Shown here in pieces: positions 10,301 to 19,159 of a stretch of DNA of 64,000 bases. The stretch is from assembly GCA_002269645.1 (NCBI GenBank), contig NIVC01000061.1, forward strand, positions 62,001 through 126,000, in the 5' to 3' direction. The position numbers were made by a program, and so were the translations under genes. Every line of letters begins with the position of its first letter. Position 1 is the first letter of the stretch. Below the pieces are notes generated by a model. The model ran no database searches and was not told the DNA's origin. It saw nothing but the letters and a program-made list of their open reading frames with translations. The stretch comes from Macrostomum lignano. Taxonomy: Eukaryota.

Positions 10301-13300
10301 TGTCAGGTTCATGCGACTTGGCAGAAGAGTGCGCCGGGTGCTAAGAGTTTGTACTCGCTCGCGAAATACCTGTGCTAAAGGCCGCTTCCGATTCCGTGGC
10401 TCCTGCCGAAAGGACTGCCCCAAGGGCATGAAATCAGTGATCGTACGTAGGTCTTCAAGGTTGACTCGTACCTGCAGACCAAGTAAGTTTTTCTGCAGCT
10501 TCCTGGAGAAATTCATTTTGTCCCATACTGATGCTTCAAGTTTTCTTAAATCATTACAGGATGCGGAAAGAAATTTGCCCTGGGCTCTAAATGCGTCCGA
10601 AAGTGTCCAAATGGATATCGGAGAACCAGATACGGCCGCATTAGGCTCTGCAAAAAGGGTTTGTCTCGTTATTTTAGCTGGCTCGTAGTTTTAAAAAATT
10701 TGCTTGATCGGCGGATTGCAATCTACGGCTAATGATTTATTGAATTTCCAGCTTGCAAAAAGGCGGAGTTCTCGTTCCGCGGGAAATGTATCAGGCGCTG
10801 TCCCAGCGGATTTAGCAAGAGAACACATCGAATCTACTCGAAACGCTCCCGACGGGTTATCTCGAGAACAAGGTGTCAGAGACGCAGTGAGTGGACCCGG
10901 AATGTCATTTGACAGCTGATATTAGGAATTAAGTTTTTAAGAACACAAGGACTGAGCACGAAGAGCTAAAAATATTTTTTTCGAACTTTAGAATGCCGCA
11001 GGGGCTACCGCTTGGTATATCGGCTCAGACGAAGTGGCAAAGCCCGAGCCTTGAAGACAAGGGGCATCTGCCAGAGAAGTAAGCAGTCTGTTCAGTTCCC
11101 CTGTATTTACCGTGTACTTAGATATTTCCCGTGTACTCAGTTATTCCTCAGTAAATTGAATCATTCGAAAATACATTCATTTTAGTCAAAGCGAAGACCT
11201 GTAGGCATCCAAAGGCGTTGTTTTATGGCCGCTGTCGAACTGCATGTCCAGCCGGATACCTCAAACGAACAAGAACTGTTCGCGGGCGCAGATACGGTTT
11301 CTGCTTGGCAACTAAGGCAACTTTACTCTGCCGTCGAAGGCGCTGCAAATCAGATCAAATCTGCGTTGTTTACCGGAAGTCGCGCCTTATCCGAAACAAG
11401 AAGAGAGCTTTCAGGCGATTGATTCATAGAACTGCGTGTGTTCCTAAATGTAAGCATGCATTCAGAGTTTTTTTCTTAAATTATGCTGTGAAAATGACAA
11501 TGGGTTACACTGACATGCCAATTTTCAGACTGCAAGGCCGGTACTTATCGGTACAAGAACAGATGCATAAAGAGATGCCCGAGAGGATACACCACGAGAA
11601 GCTACAAGCGCGCACGCATATACAAAGGGCGCAGGCACGTCGTGACCCTAAGGCGCTGCACAAGAAAAGCTTGCAAGTATCCTCTTGCGAGATTCAACGG
11701 CCGATGCGTCAAGAGCTGTCCGAAGTCATACATGACAAAAATATTCAACATTCGCTTCCGTTACAGAAAGACTAGCTACGTTAGACGATATGCAGTGTGT
11801 CGCGAAGATCTTTGTACTAAGGTGCGTTGTGCGACCGGTGAGAAGTGCATTGTTAAGAAGGTGATGGCTGGAAGACTCCGCACAAAGCAAGTTGCTGCAT
11901 GTGTGAAGAACAAGACCAACCCATGCTCTCGCATGAGGTGTCGCAAGGGCTACAAGTGCACATATCGCGCTGATAGAAGAGGACGTAGAAGGGCAAGGTG
12001 CGTGCGGAGAGCACCTAACTGTCGAGGTGGACTTGTAATTTTCCGACACAGGTGCCGCCGTAGATGTCCTAAGCGGTACCGCGTCATAAGCAAGCGCGTC
12101 GGTAAGACACTTCAAAGATACTGCGTCCGGGATGCATGCTCGAAGGGCCGATACTTTCTGTTCGATAGGTGCACAAGTAGATGCCCGATCGGCATGGCGT
12201 CGCGCAAAAAAACTTACACCAAGACGTACAGCTTTAAATTTTGCCAGCCAAAGCGTTGCAAGGGTCGCCGGTTTAGAATCGGTCGTCGTTGCGTCAAGTC
12301 CTGCCCAATGGGATATAGACGTCGTTATTACAGAACACGCCGTGGCCTCACTCGATATTGTCTTTCTTACATATGCAGGACAGGCTATTACAAACTTGGC
12401 CGTCGTTGCGTGCGAAATTGCGGCAAAAACTATCGGCTTCGAACTTACAAAAGAGGAAAGAATACATTCGGAGTATGCGAGCCAACTAAATGCCGAAAGG
12501 TTTTGTGTTTATTGTTGGAAAATGCCGAAGGGCTTTGAAAGGCTGCTATGACAGAGCATACACTTGCAAGGCCATGGCGCGAAGAAAGCGTTGCTCTAGC
12601 AAGCTGGTTAGTTACTTATGCCCAGTCTCTTGCGGGAAATGCAATCCCAGTAAGCGGAAATTCTGCACTTGCACCAGCTCTGGCGATCCACACTACCACA
12701 CCTTTGACGGCAAATGGATTAGTTTCCAAGGAAAGTGCAAGTACTTATTAGCCCAATCAAAACTTAAGAAGGGATCGAAGTGCAATTTCAAGGTCACAGC
12801 AAAGAATGAGGCCCGTGGTAGGACCGGAAAAGTTAGCTGGACAAGATTTGTTGACATTAGTTTCCATGGCATCAATGTTCGCCTGCACCAACGGCGTCGG
12901 GTTTTCATCAATGGAAAGAGAGTTCGTCGACTGCCGATTTCGCTTTACCCAGGAGGGAAAAAATCAGAATTTATCACAGCGGCAGAAACGTAGTTGCCGA
13001 GTCCAAGTACTGCGGCATGCACCTTCAGTTTAATGGTCAATCTGTCGCTGAGCTGCACTTGCCTCGCTCACGTTACGCTAGTAAAGTGCAGGGAATCTGC
13101 GGAAATTGCAATGGTAATCCAAGCGACGATCTTAAAACTCGCGATGGGAAAGATGTTTCAAAACTGGGTATTCACGGTTTTGTAAAGATTGGCCAGTCTT
13201 TCGCTGTTCCTGACGACTCGTCTAAGAAGTACCGCTGCAAAGTAAAACCAGTTTTGCCACCAAGCAAGGTCTGCTCCGCTGCAATGAGAAAGGCCGTTAA

Positions 13301-16300
13301 GAGTAAAAAATACTGCGGCATGATTATCGACAAGAGCGGTCCATTCGGAAGCTGTCTGCGTTCGAAGAAGGTTGATTATTCTGGAATTTTCGAGAACTGC
13401 CGATTCGATGTATGCGAGTACAAGAGCCCGCGAAATCGTAGGAGAGCAGTCTGCCAGTCTCTTGAATCCCTATACAACGCTTGCTTGGCTGCTGGATTTA
13501 GTGTAAGTTGGCGGTCTCGAAGCTTCTGTCCAATGCGATGCGGTCCAAATGCTGTCTACAGTCAGAAAGCCAGCGGCTGTCCGAGAACTTGCTCGGACAT
13601 CGGCAGGCGCCGAGTTTGTCGACTTCCTTCACGAGATGCGTGCGTCTGCAAGCCGGGATTTGTGCTAAACGGAAGAGCATGTGTGCCCGAGAAGAGCTGC
13701 GGCGCAGTCGTACCGATTGATGTAGCGTTTGTAATTGAGGGAACTGACGACATAAGCACAGATGAGTTCGAAGCTTTGAAGAGTCTTGTTGTTAAGCTTC
13801 TTACTAAATACCGCCTGTCATTAAAATCTGTTCGACCATCAATGGTAGTATTTGGAAGAGTCAGTCCTACTGTCAGCCTATTTAGTGAGCACCAGGGCAA
13901 GGCAGAGTTCATGAACTATGTCAGAAAGCTCAAGAGGACTGGTGGCTCAACAGACAATCTGGAAGCCGCTCTTCGAGTAGTGAACAAAGTTTTAATGCAG
14001 GCCATTGGCGGCTTCAGACCCGAGGTGCCCAAGTACGTTATTGTGATGAAGAAGAGTTCCGTTCCAGCTACTTCAGACAAACCAGTTCGAAACCAGCTTG
14101 AGAAACTTAAAGAATCAAAGGTGCGAGTAATTGCTGTCAACCTGCCTAAGACGGCAAAGTCAAGCGTTGATCCGACAATGAGTGGACTAACAGTTATTTC
14201 TGCACGCATGCCACCGTATACATCGATCCCTGCTATCAACAAGGAGCTTGAGTCGACAGCTGGCTGCCCAATGGGCTTTAAAACGCAGAACGACAGCTGC
14301 ACTGATATAAATGAATGCAAGGCCACTGTACCTGCCTGTCATAGTGATGCTACTTGCGTGAATCTTCCGGGTAGTTTCATGTGTCTTTGCAGTGATGGCC
14401 TGCTGCACGACAGAGCAAGAGGATGCGTGAAGCCTGACAAACCCAAAGACGACTGTCCCTTGGAGCCAAAGTGCAAACAGGGCTATACCTATGACAAGAA
14501 CGAAAAGAAGTGCGTAGACGTTAACGAATGCAAAGAGAACCCATGCCTCAGTGACCGAGCTACTTGCACTAATCTAGCTGGAAGCTTCCGATGCGACTGT
14601 CCGTCGGGCTTTAAATACAACAAATACTTCGGCTGCGTTGATGTAGATGAGTGCAAGTTAAAGAAAGACCCATGTATGGGAGCTGGAAAGTGCATCAACA
14701 TGCTTGGCTCATATAATTGCACATGCAACGATGGCTTCACCTATCAGACCGGTGTTGGTTGCCAGGACGTTGATGAATGCAAATCCAACGCAACTAATAA
14801 CTGCAAGGGTGGTTCCAAGTGTGTGAACATCGCCGGTTCATACAACTGCACTTGCGGTTCAGGCTACAGATATTCGAGTGAATCCTGTGTCGATATTGAT
14901 GAGTGTGCCGAGAACAGTAAGATTTGCGACGCTTCGGCCATTTGCGTGAATCAGAAGCCTGGATACAAATGCCAGTGCAAGCTCGGTGATAATTGGGTCT
15001 ACAAGACTGGAGAAGGCTGCATTCCGGACAAGAACAAGGGTATGGCGGACCGCAAAGTCGACTTTTTCTTCTTAATTGACGTTTCTGACAAGCTCAAAGG
15101 TTCAATCAGGGACATTCAAGGATTCATCAACGGCCTACTGCAGCAGTTCAACACAAAAGAGGTAGCTGGTCTGAGTGCGCGAGTCTCTGTGGTCCTTATG
15201 GGTAAGAAGGGCGAAGCCGTTGTAGCCTTTAGCCAGTCCCCTCTAGTGGGAATCGCAGACAAGATAAACTCGATAGCACCTCTGGGAGGCGAATCAAATC
15301 TGCTTCAGGGTATGAAGACAGTTGCAGGAGAGAAGAGCAAGGCGAGACGCGGCAGCACTGTCGTTGTCTTCCTGATCACGGCCTCCAGCATCCCGGTCGG
15401 AGACAGCAGTCTGACAGAGATTAAGCGCTACTCGGACGACTTTAAGTCGAACGGAAAATTCTTCACAGTGCAACTAAGCTCGAGCGCAAGTTCATCTCAG
15501 TGGTCCGTCCTATACAGCAGCAACGAGATTAGCCTCTACGTGACTGTTATTCGATCATCCGAAGTGACAAAAATCTATAAGCTCTTCTACCTACGTGTCT
15601 ACCCACTCATCAACTGCCCGGCCGGCTTTGTCAAGAATGACGGCCTGTGCCAGCTGCAGACCTCAACCGTGAAGTACTGCAAAACAGACGCTGGAGAGCT
15701 TAGGCCTGTGGGAACCACCTGGCAAGAGGAGTGCTCTCAGTTCAAGTGCACCGATAGCGGAGTTGAAGTCCTGTATAGAAAGTGCCTTGGCTACGACGGC
15801 TTCTGCTACTCTACTGAGGAATACTTCCCCTGCACTCAAGTTACCGGATCGCTGAACTGGAAGTGTCGATGCAGGTTTGTTTCTAAAGATCATTTCTTTT
15901 TTTACATGAGAAGCTGGTCCTTGAAAGCTGACTGAATTCTATGCATTATATTGTTTTCAAATTTTAGACTAAAGACAGTCACTGATAAGGCGTCAGGAAA
16001 AAAAATTCAGTCACTGTCTTACCAGTCTATTGCGGCAGCCAACGAGACAATGATGACCGACAAGGGCATCGCATGCGTCTTCCCGTTCAAGTATCGGAAC
16101 AAATGGCATTACAGCTGCGACCAGTACGAGGGAAAATACTGGTGCTCATTCAACAGGAATCACAAGACCGGCTCTTGGGGCTATTGCAAAATCAAGGCAT
16201 CCAAAAATAGATGCACTGATCCGTTCGACGCATCGAAGATGTACGTCGAAGGAGACAGGTGGAACTATGGTTGCAACGTGATGGAATGCACGCACACAGG

Positions 16301-17346
16301 GCTGAAGAGAATTCCAAGTGAGTCGCAAAATCGTTAAAGCGATATGTTTAAGTTCATATTTACAGGGAACTGTGGATATCAAATCTCTTCCCACAGAATG
16401 CGAGGCCGCGGACAAGACCTGTAAAAACCTCCACGCCGACGGTTATTCCTGCCGCATCGGAGACAAGCAGCACTCTAACTGCCTCTGCGTTCAGAACTCA
16501 TCTGGCTGGGGCAAGAATGAAATCGTCAGCGGCGACAAGGCGACTGTGATCACTGGCTCCGGCGGCGCGGTGGTCAGCATGTGCGTTGACATCAGCAGTG
16601 GCAAGAAGTACGAGCAGGGCCAGCAGTGGACGACTTCCTGCTTCACCTACAAGTGCACAGCAACTGGCGGCCAGCTGCTGCAAGCCAAATGCCAACAGAA
16701 GGACGGCAAGTGTCGAAATATCGGCGAGAAGGGTTTTGACTGCATGATCAGCGACAAGGCGAGGGCCAACTGCGAGTGCAGCAAGGACGCTTCCGGCAAC
16801 CCGATGCTTGTGGCAACCTTTGAAGGTGATTTTCCTGTTTTTGCATACTGATCCGCTCAGACTTAAGGGCCCTGTTGAGTATGAAATACTCGCAGCAATA
16901 ATAATCGCAGGAGGGTTGCGGGCAAAACTACGGGTAAAACTACATGTATTACCGTATTGGTGTGCCAGAGTGTACAATCTCATTTTTATAAAATATTATG
17001 CAAAAACCTCACCGATAAATAATATACTTTGTTACCGTCTGTACATATTAGTATAGTCTGATACTAATATACATTGGACGAATTCTTAGATGCTCTCGAC
17101 AACACGTCTTAGAAGCAGTTCGAAATTTCTGTGCATCGTGCATTTTTGTCGAATGTGCAATCTTCATGCCCAAATCCACGCCGCTTAACTTTCTCAGGTC
17201 GGCAAATCACCGAGGTGCACAAGAAGACGGAAGTGAGCACCTCTCTGAAGATGATTGCTAAGAGCGCCAAGAAGACAATCACCAGCGAGACTTCTTCTTC
17301 GTCCAGCTCGTCCAGCTCGTCCAGCTCCTCATCGGGAGCGAAATAA
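1..17346 (+). CDS. Giant Arg/Lys-rich multidomain extracellular (adhesive/cement/mucus-like) protein, 5'-partial, ~3,900 aa in window
   Basis: Hand-spliced exons with GT-AG boundaries and frame continuity: 1-13, 898-1092, 1181-1604, 1866-1997, 2089-2295, 2391-2543, 2632-2727, 2818-3573, 3666-4940, 5211-5648, 5744-5986, 6223-6333, 6427-6528, 6602-6691, 6775-6816, 6924-7019, 7100-7165, 7785-8222, 9151-9252, 9517-9720, 9823-10482, 10560-10658, 10752-10886, 10992-11078, 11186-11449, 11529-15874, 15968-16317, 16397-16825, 17198-17346 (TAA, overlapped by AATAAA). Apparent frame breaks at ~4006-4135, ~12499 and ~12958-12963. Extracellular domains (vWD, EGF, FN2, ShKT) imply secretion; the signal peptide would lie upstream of the window. 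Confidence 0.88.
303..638. mobile_element. Foldback/MITE-like element (near-complete 336-bp imperfect palindrome) in intron 1
   Basis: GCCTGTCAACTTAAGCTCA(C/T)AAAGTGGAGCCCG(A/G)GTAACC at 303 is the reverse complement of 599-638. Complementarity continues for ~165 bp per arm to a centre near 468-479. No ORF and no clear TSD. Confidence 0.7.
1501..5986 (+). other. Ten follistatin-N-like (FOLN-type) 4-Cys motifs with long Arg/Lys-rich inserts
   Basis: Repeated (D/N)-(P/L)-C-x4-C-x2-G-x2-C-[basic insert]-(A/T)-(R/K)-C-V pattern, with minor variants; three more copies at ~11330-12010. Confidence 0.7.
3842..4340 (+). repeat. Coding tandem repeat encoding (RRX)n; 9-nt basic and 36-nt higher-order unit CGAGCGAGACGAAACAGAAGACTAAGACGAACAAAG
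   Basis: Translation RRARRVRRTRRVRRTRRARRNRRLRRTKRARRNRRLRRT...; degenerate and out of frame between ~4006 and 4135. Confidence 0.85.
6223..12540 (+). other. Long array of Arg-rich furin-like (C..G.....G.C...CP.G) cysteine repeats
   Basis: Dozens of CPxG(Y/F)...C.x.CP motifs, e.g. CPAGFAKRNGRCEYTVCSSGSYRYRGTCMKSCPSG. Confidence 0.75.
12544..12642 (+). other. ShKT domain
   Basis: CYDRAYTCKAMARRKRCSSKLVSYLCPVSCGKC has the 6-Cys ShK spacing with the C-terminal CPxSCGxC. Confidence 0.8.
12661..13700 (+). other. vWD-C8-TIL cassette
   Basis: CTSSGDPHYHTFDGKWISFQGKCKYLL...KVQGICGNCNGNPSDDL (vWD); YCGMIIDKSGPFGSC...CRFDVC...CQSLESLYNAC (C8); CGPNAVYSQKASGCPRTC...CVCKPGFVLNGRACVPEKSC (TIL). Confidence 0.9.
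13710..15610 (+). other. vWA - five calcium-binding EGF - vWA
   Basis: IDVAFVIEGT (vWA with degenerate MIDAS); five D(I/V)(N/D)EC...C.N..(G/P)(S/G)(F/Y).C.C repeats; VDFFFLIDVSD (second vWA). Confidence 0.88.
16074..16187 (+). other. Fibronectin type II domain
   Basis: CVFPFKYRNKWHYSCDQYEGKYWCSFNRNHKTGSWGYC matches the FN2 consensus (C.FPF.Y...C...WC...WGYC). Confidence 0.85.
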
Positions 17347-17939
17347 ACATCCGATCCTGCACCACGACTTTATTACTCTGAAAAACGAATAAGATGTTTA
17401 ATCTGCAACTTAAAAAGCGTTTAAAAATCGGTGATATGGATAAAACTGACTACTCATATTAGCATGAAATGATAAAAGCCGTTATGCGTCTGACTTCTGG
17501 TAGTTTGAATTGAGAAATAAAACTGTCCAAATGAGGATTGAATAAAAAAATGGAATCTTTTGACTCTTGCAAGCTTGCATTGTTTCCTGAAAAAATGGAA
17601 TTGCAGCTAAGAAGCGACAGCTAACCTTGATGCAGGAGGCCAAAATGGAGATGTCAGACTGGATAACAATGCATTAGATTTTGTATCAGGCTGATATTTG
17701 TAACATAAAGTTTGAGCTGAATCGTAGTTTGCTGTTCTCTATAGGCTACTAGTATATTATTTGTTTCACTTTATACAGTAAAATATCTTTCCATAAATTT
17801 TGAGAGAAATTATTCCCTAAGTCTTAACTTACGTACAATAGTCTATATTTTATCAGCTGGTTCGGAAAACATTTTTCACTGTCAGCAGTCAGCCCTCAGT
17901 ACATGGAGATAAAGTATTCAGTCCTGTCAGCAAGACTAT

Positions 17940-18431
17940 TTAAAACATCTCATAGCTCTTCATAAACTTCTGAAATTCCTGGAAGTTCAGCTTGTCATCT
18001 CCATCGTCGTCAGCCTCCTCGAAAATGTACTCGAAGTCAAACTTCGGCTCAAGTCCGTACTCTTCGGTGAACACCTGGCGCAGGTTGTCCTTGGTGACGA
18101 AGCCGCGCTTCCCCAGGTCGAACGCTCGAAAGATCAGCCGCTGCCGGTCGCCCTTGAACTCTGGCTGGGTGAACTTCAAAAAGTTCAAGAATTCGTCTCG
18201 AGTGAAATGTCCTTCTTGCTTCCTGCCTCCGACGCTTTTGAACATGAACATCGTGGGTCCCTTGAAATCCTCATTGTTCTTGTACAAACTTTTGTACACG
18301 TCCTCGAATGAAATAATACCCTTGCTGTTTGGGTCAAGCTCCTTGAAGACTTGGTCTCGTTCCAGTTTCATCTCGGCTAGAACTTCCTTCTCGCTGCGTT
18401 GACTTTGAAGTGCATCGCCAGCTTGAGCCAT
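17940..18431 (-). CDS. Calmodulin-like EF-hand protein, 163 aa, intronless coding region
   Basis: EF loops DPNSKGIISFED, DLGKRGFVTKDN (degenerate) and DDDGDDKLNFQE (canonical) with F..FD helices; acidic; coding-like codon pattern. An AG acceptor just upstream of the ATG means the start may be internal to an exon. Confidence 0.85.
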   Translation of the reverse strand: MAQAGDALQSQRSEKEVLAEMKLERDQVFKELDPNSKGIISFEDVYKSLYKNNEDFKGPTMFMFKSVGGRKQEGHFTRDEFLNFLKFTQPEFKGDRQRLIFRAFDLGKRGFVTKDNLRQVFTEEYGLEPKFDFEYIFEEADDDGDDKLNFQEFQKFMKSYEMF

Positions 18432-18980
18432 ATCTGTCGATGAAATTTGGCTCTTTTTCGATAAGTTGTGTATACTTTAGCTAGATCAAAATCAGATCAG
18501 AAAAGAATTACTGTCTTAGTAGGGGAATTGACAGCAGAGCAAATCTGTTTTGAAATGTTACATATCTATGGCCTCAGTTTGGCTATGTCGAATTTGTTCG
18601 ATCATGATTTGACTTGATTTGATTTGGCAAATATTGTGAAATTAAAAATTGCAGCGGACGGGGCAGAGCAGCCGAGCCCTAAGCATGTCTGACTCTTGCG
18701 CAAAGACCCCCTAGTTCCATTTCGGTCACATTATTTTGGGACTTTTGCACGAAAATTGGTCGCGGTTGTCATACGCTTCACAACCTACTAGGTACAGGGA
18801 GTGTGCATGCCTGAAGATTAGAAAGTCAGGGCCGTGTCGCCAAACCAGAGCGCTCACAACTCTCCTGTAAGTGTTTTTGTATTATCAACCACAGACATAG
18901 CTAGAAATTTTTAAATGGTATAACATTACATGTAAATGTTTACAAACAGAAACTACTTGCATTTTTTTGTTGGAGTCCCA

Positions 18981-19159
18981 AATAATAATATAATAATAAA
19001 TAATCGATTACAGCTGACACCCCTTTTACAGCTTGGTGAACTGAAGCAATGCAGAGTTAAGTGTCTTGCTCAAGGACACAAATTGTTCCAGTGGGATCGG
19101 GAATCGAACCCCCGACCGTCAAGCTGTGAGTCCGACGCTCTAACCACTAGGCTGCAACT
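18981..19159 (-). mobile_element. tRNA-derived SINE with CORE-like central domain
   Basis: Minus strand reads AGCCTAGTGGTTAGAGC (A box)...GGTTCGATTCC (B box), then TGTGTCCTTGAGCAAGACACTTAACTC...TCAGTT...CTGTAAAAAGGGG, resembling the MIR CORE consensus, then an (ATT)n-like tail. Confidence 0.7.

Noticed and set aside
12500-12530. 31-nt GT-AG mini-intron to explain the first frame break
   Set aside because: Splicing it gives the wrong frame (GFERLL*) and removes residues that match the furin-like repeat.
12952-12970. Programmed -1 ribosomal frameshift at GGGAAAAAA
   Set aside because: In the translated frame the codons are GGG AAA AAA, which is not an X XXY YYZ heptamer in register. A second, non-slippery indel lies 460 nt upstream. 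Homopolymer sequencing error is simpler.
16364-16396. Acceptor at 16365 for the penultimate exon of gene 1
   Set aside because: With the phase-1 donor it leads to a stop. The acceptor at 16396 keeps the frame and aligns the Cys module.
1-17346. Assigning a gene symbol (ap1, hemicentin, zonadhesin, fibrillin) to gene 1
   Set aside because: It shares domains with each but matches none in full architecture as far as I can tell; a database search is needed.
19090-19155. Functional tRNA gene on the minus strand
   Set aside because: A/B boxes are present, but there is no convincing acceptor stem and it continues into CORE-like SINE body sequence.
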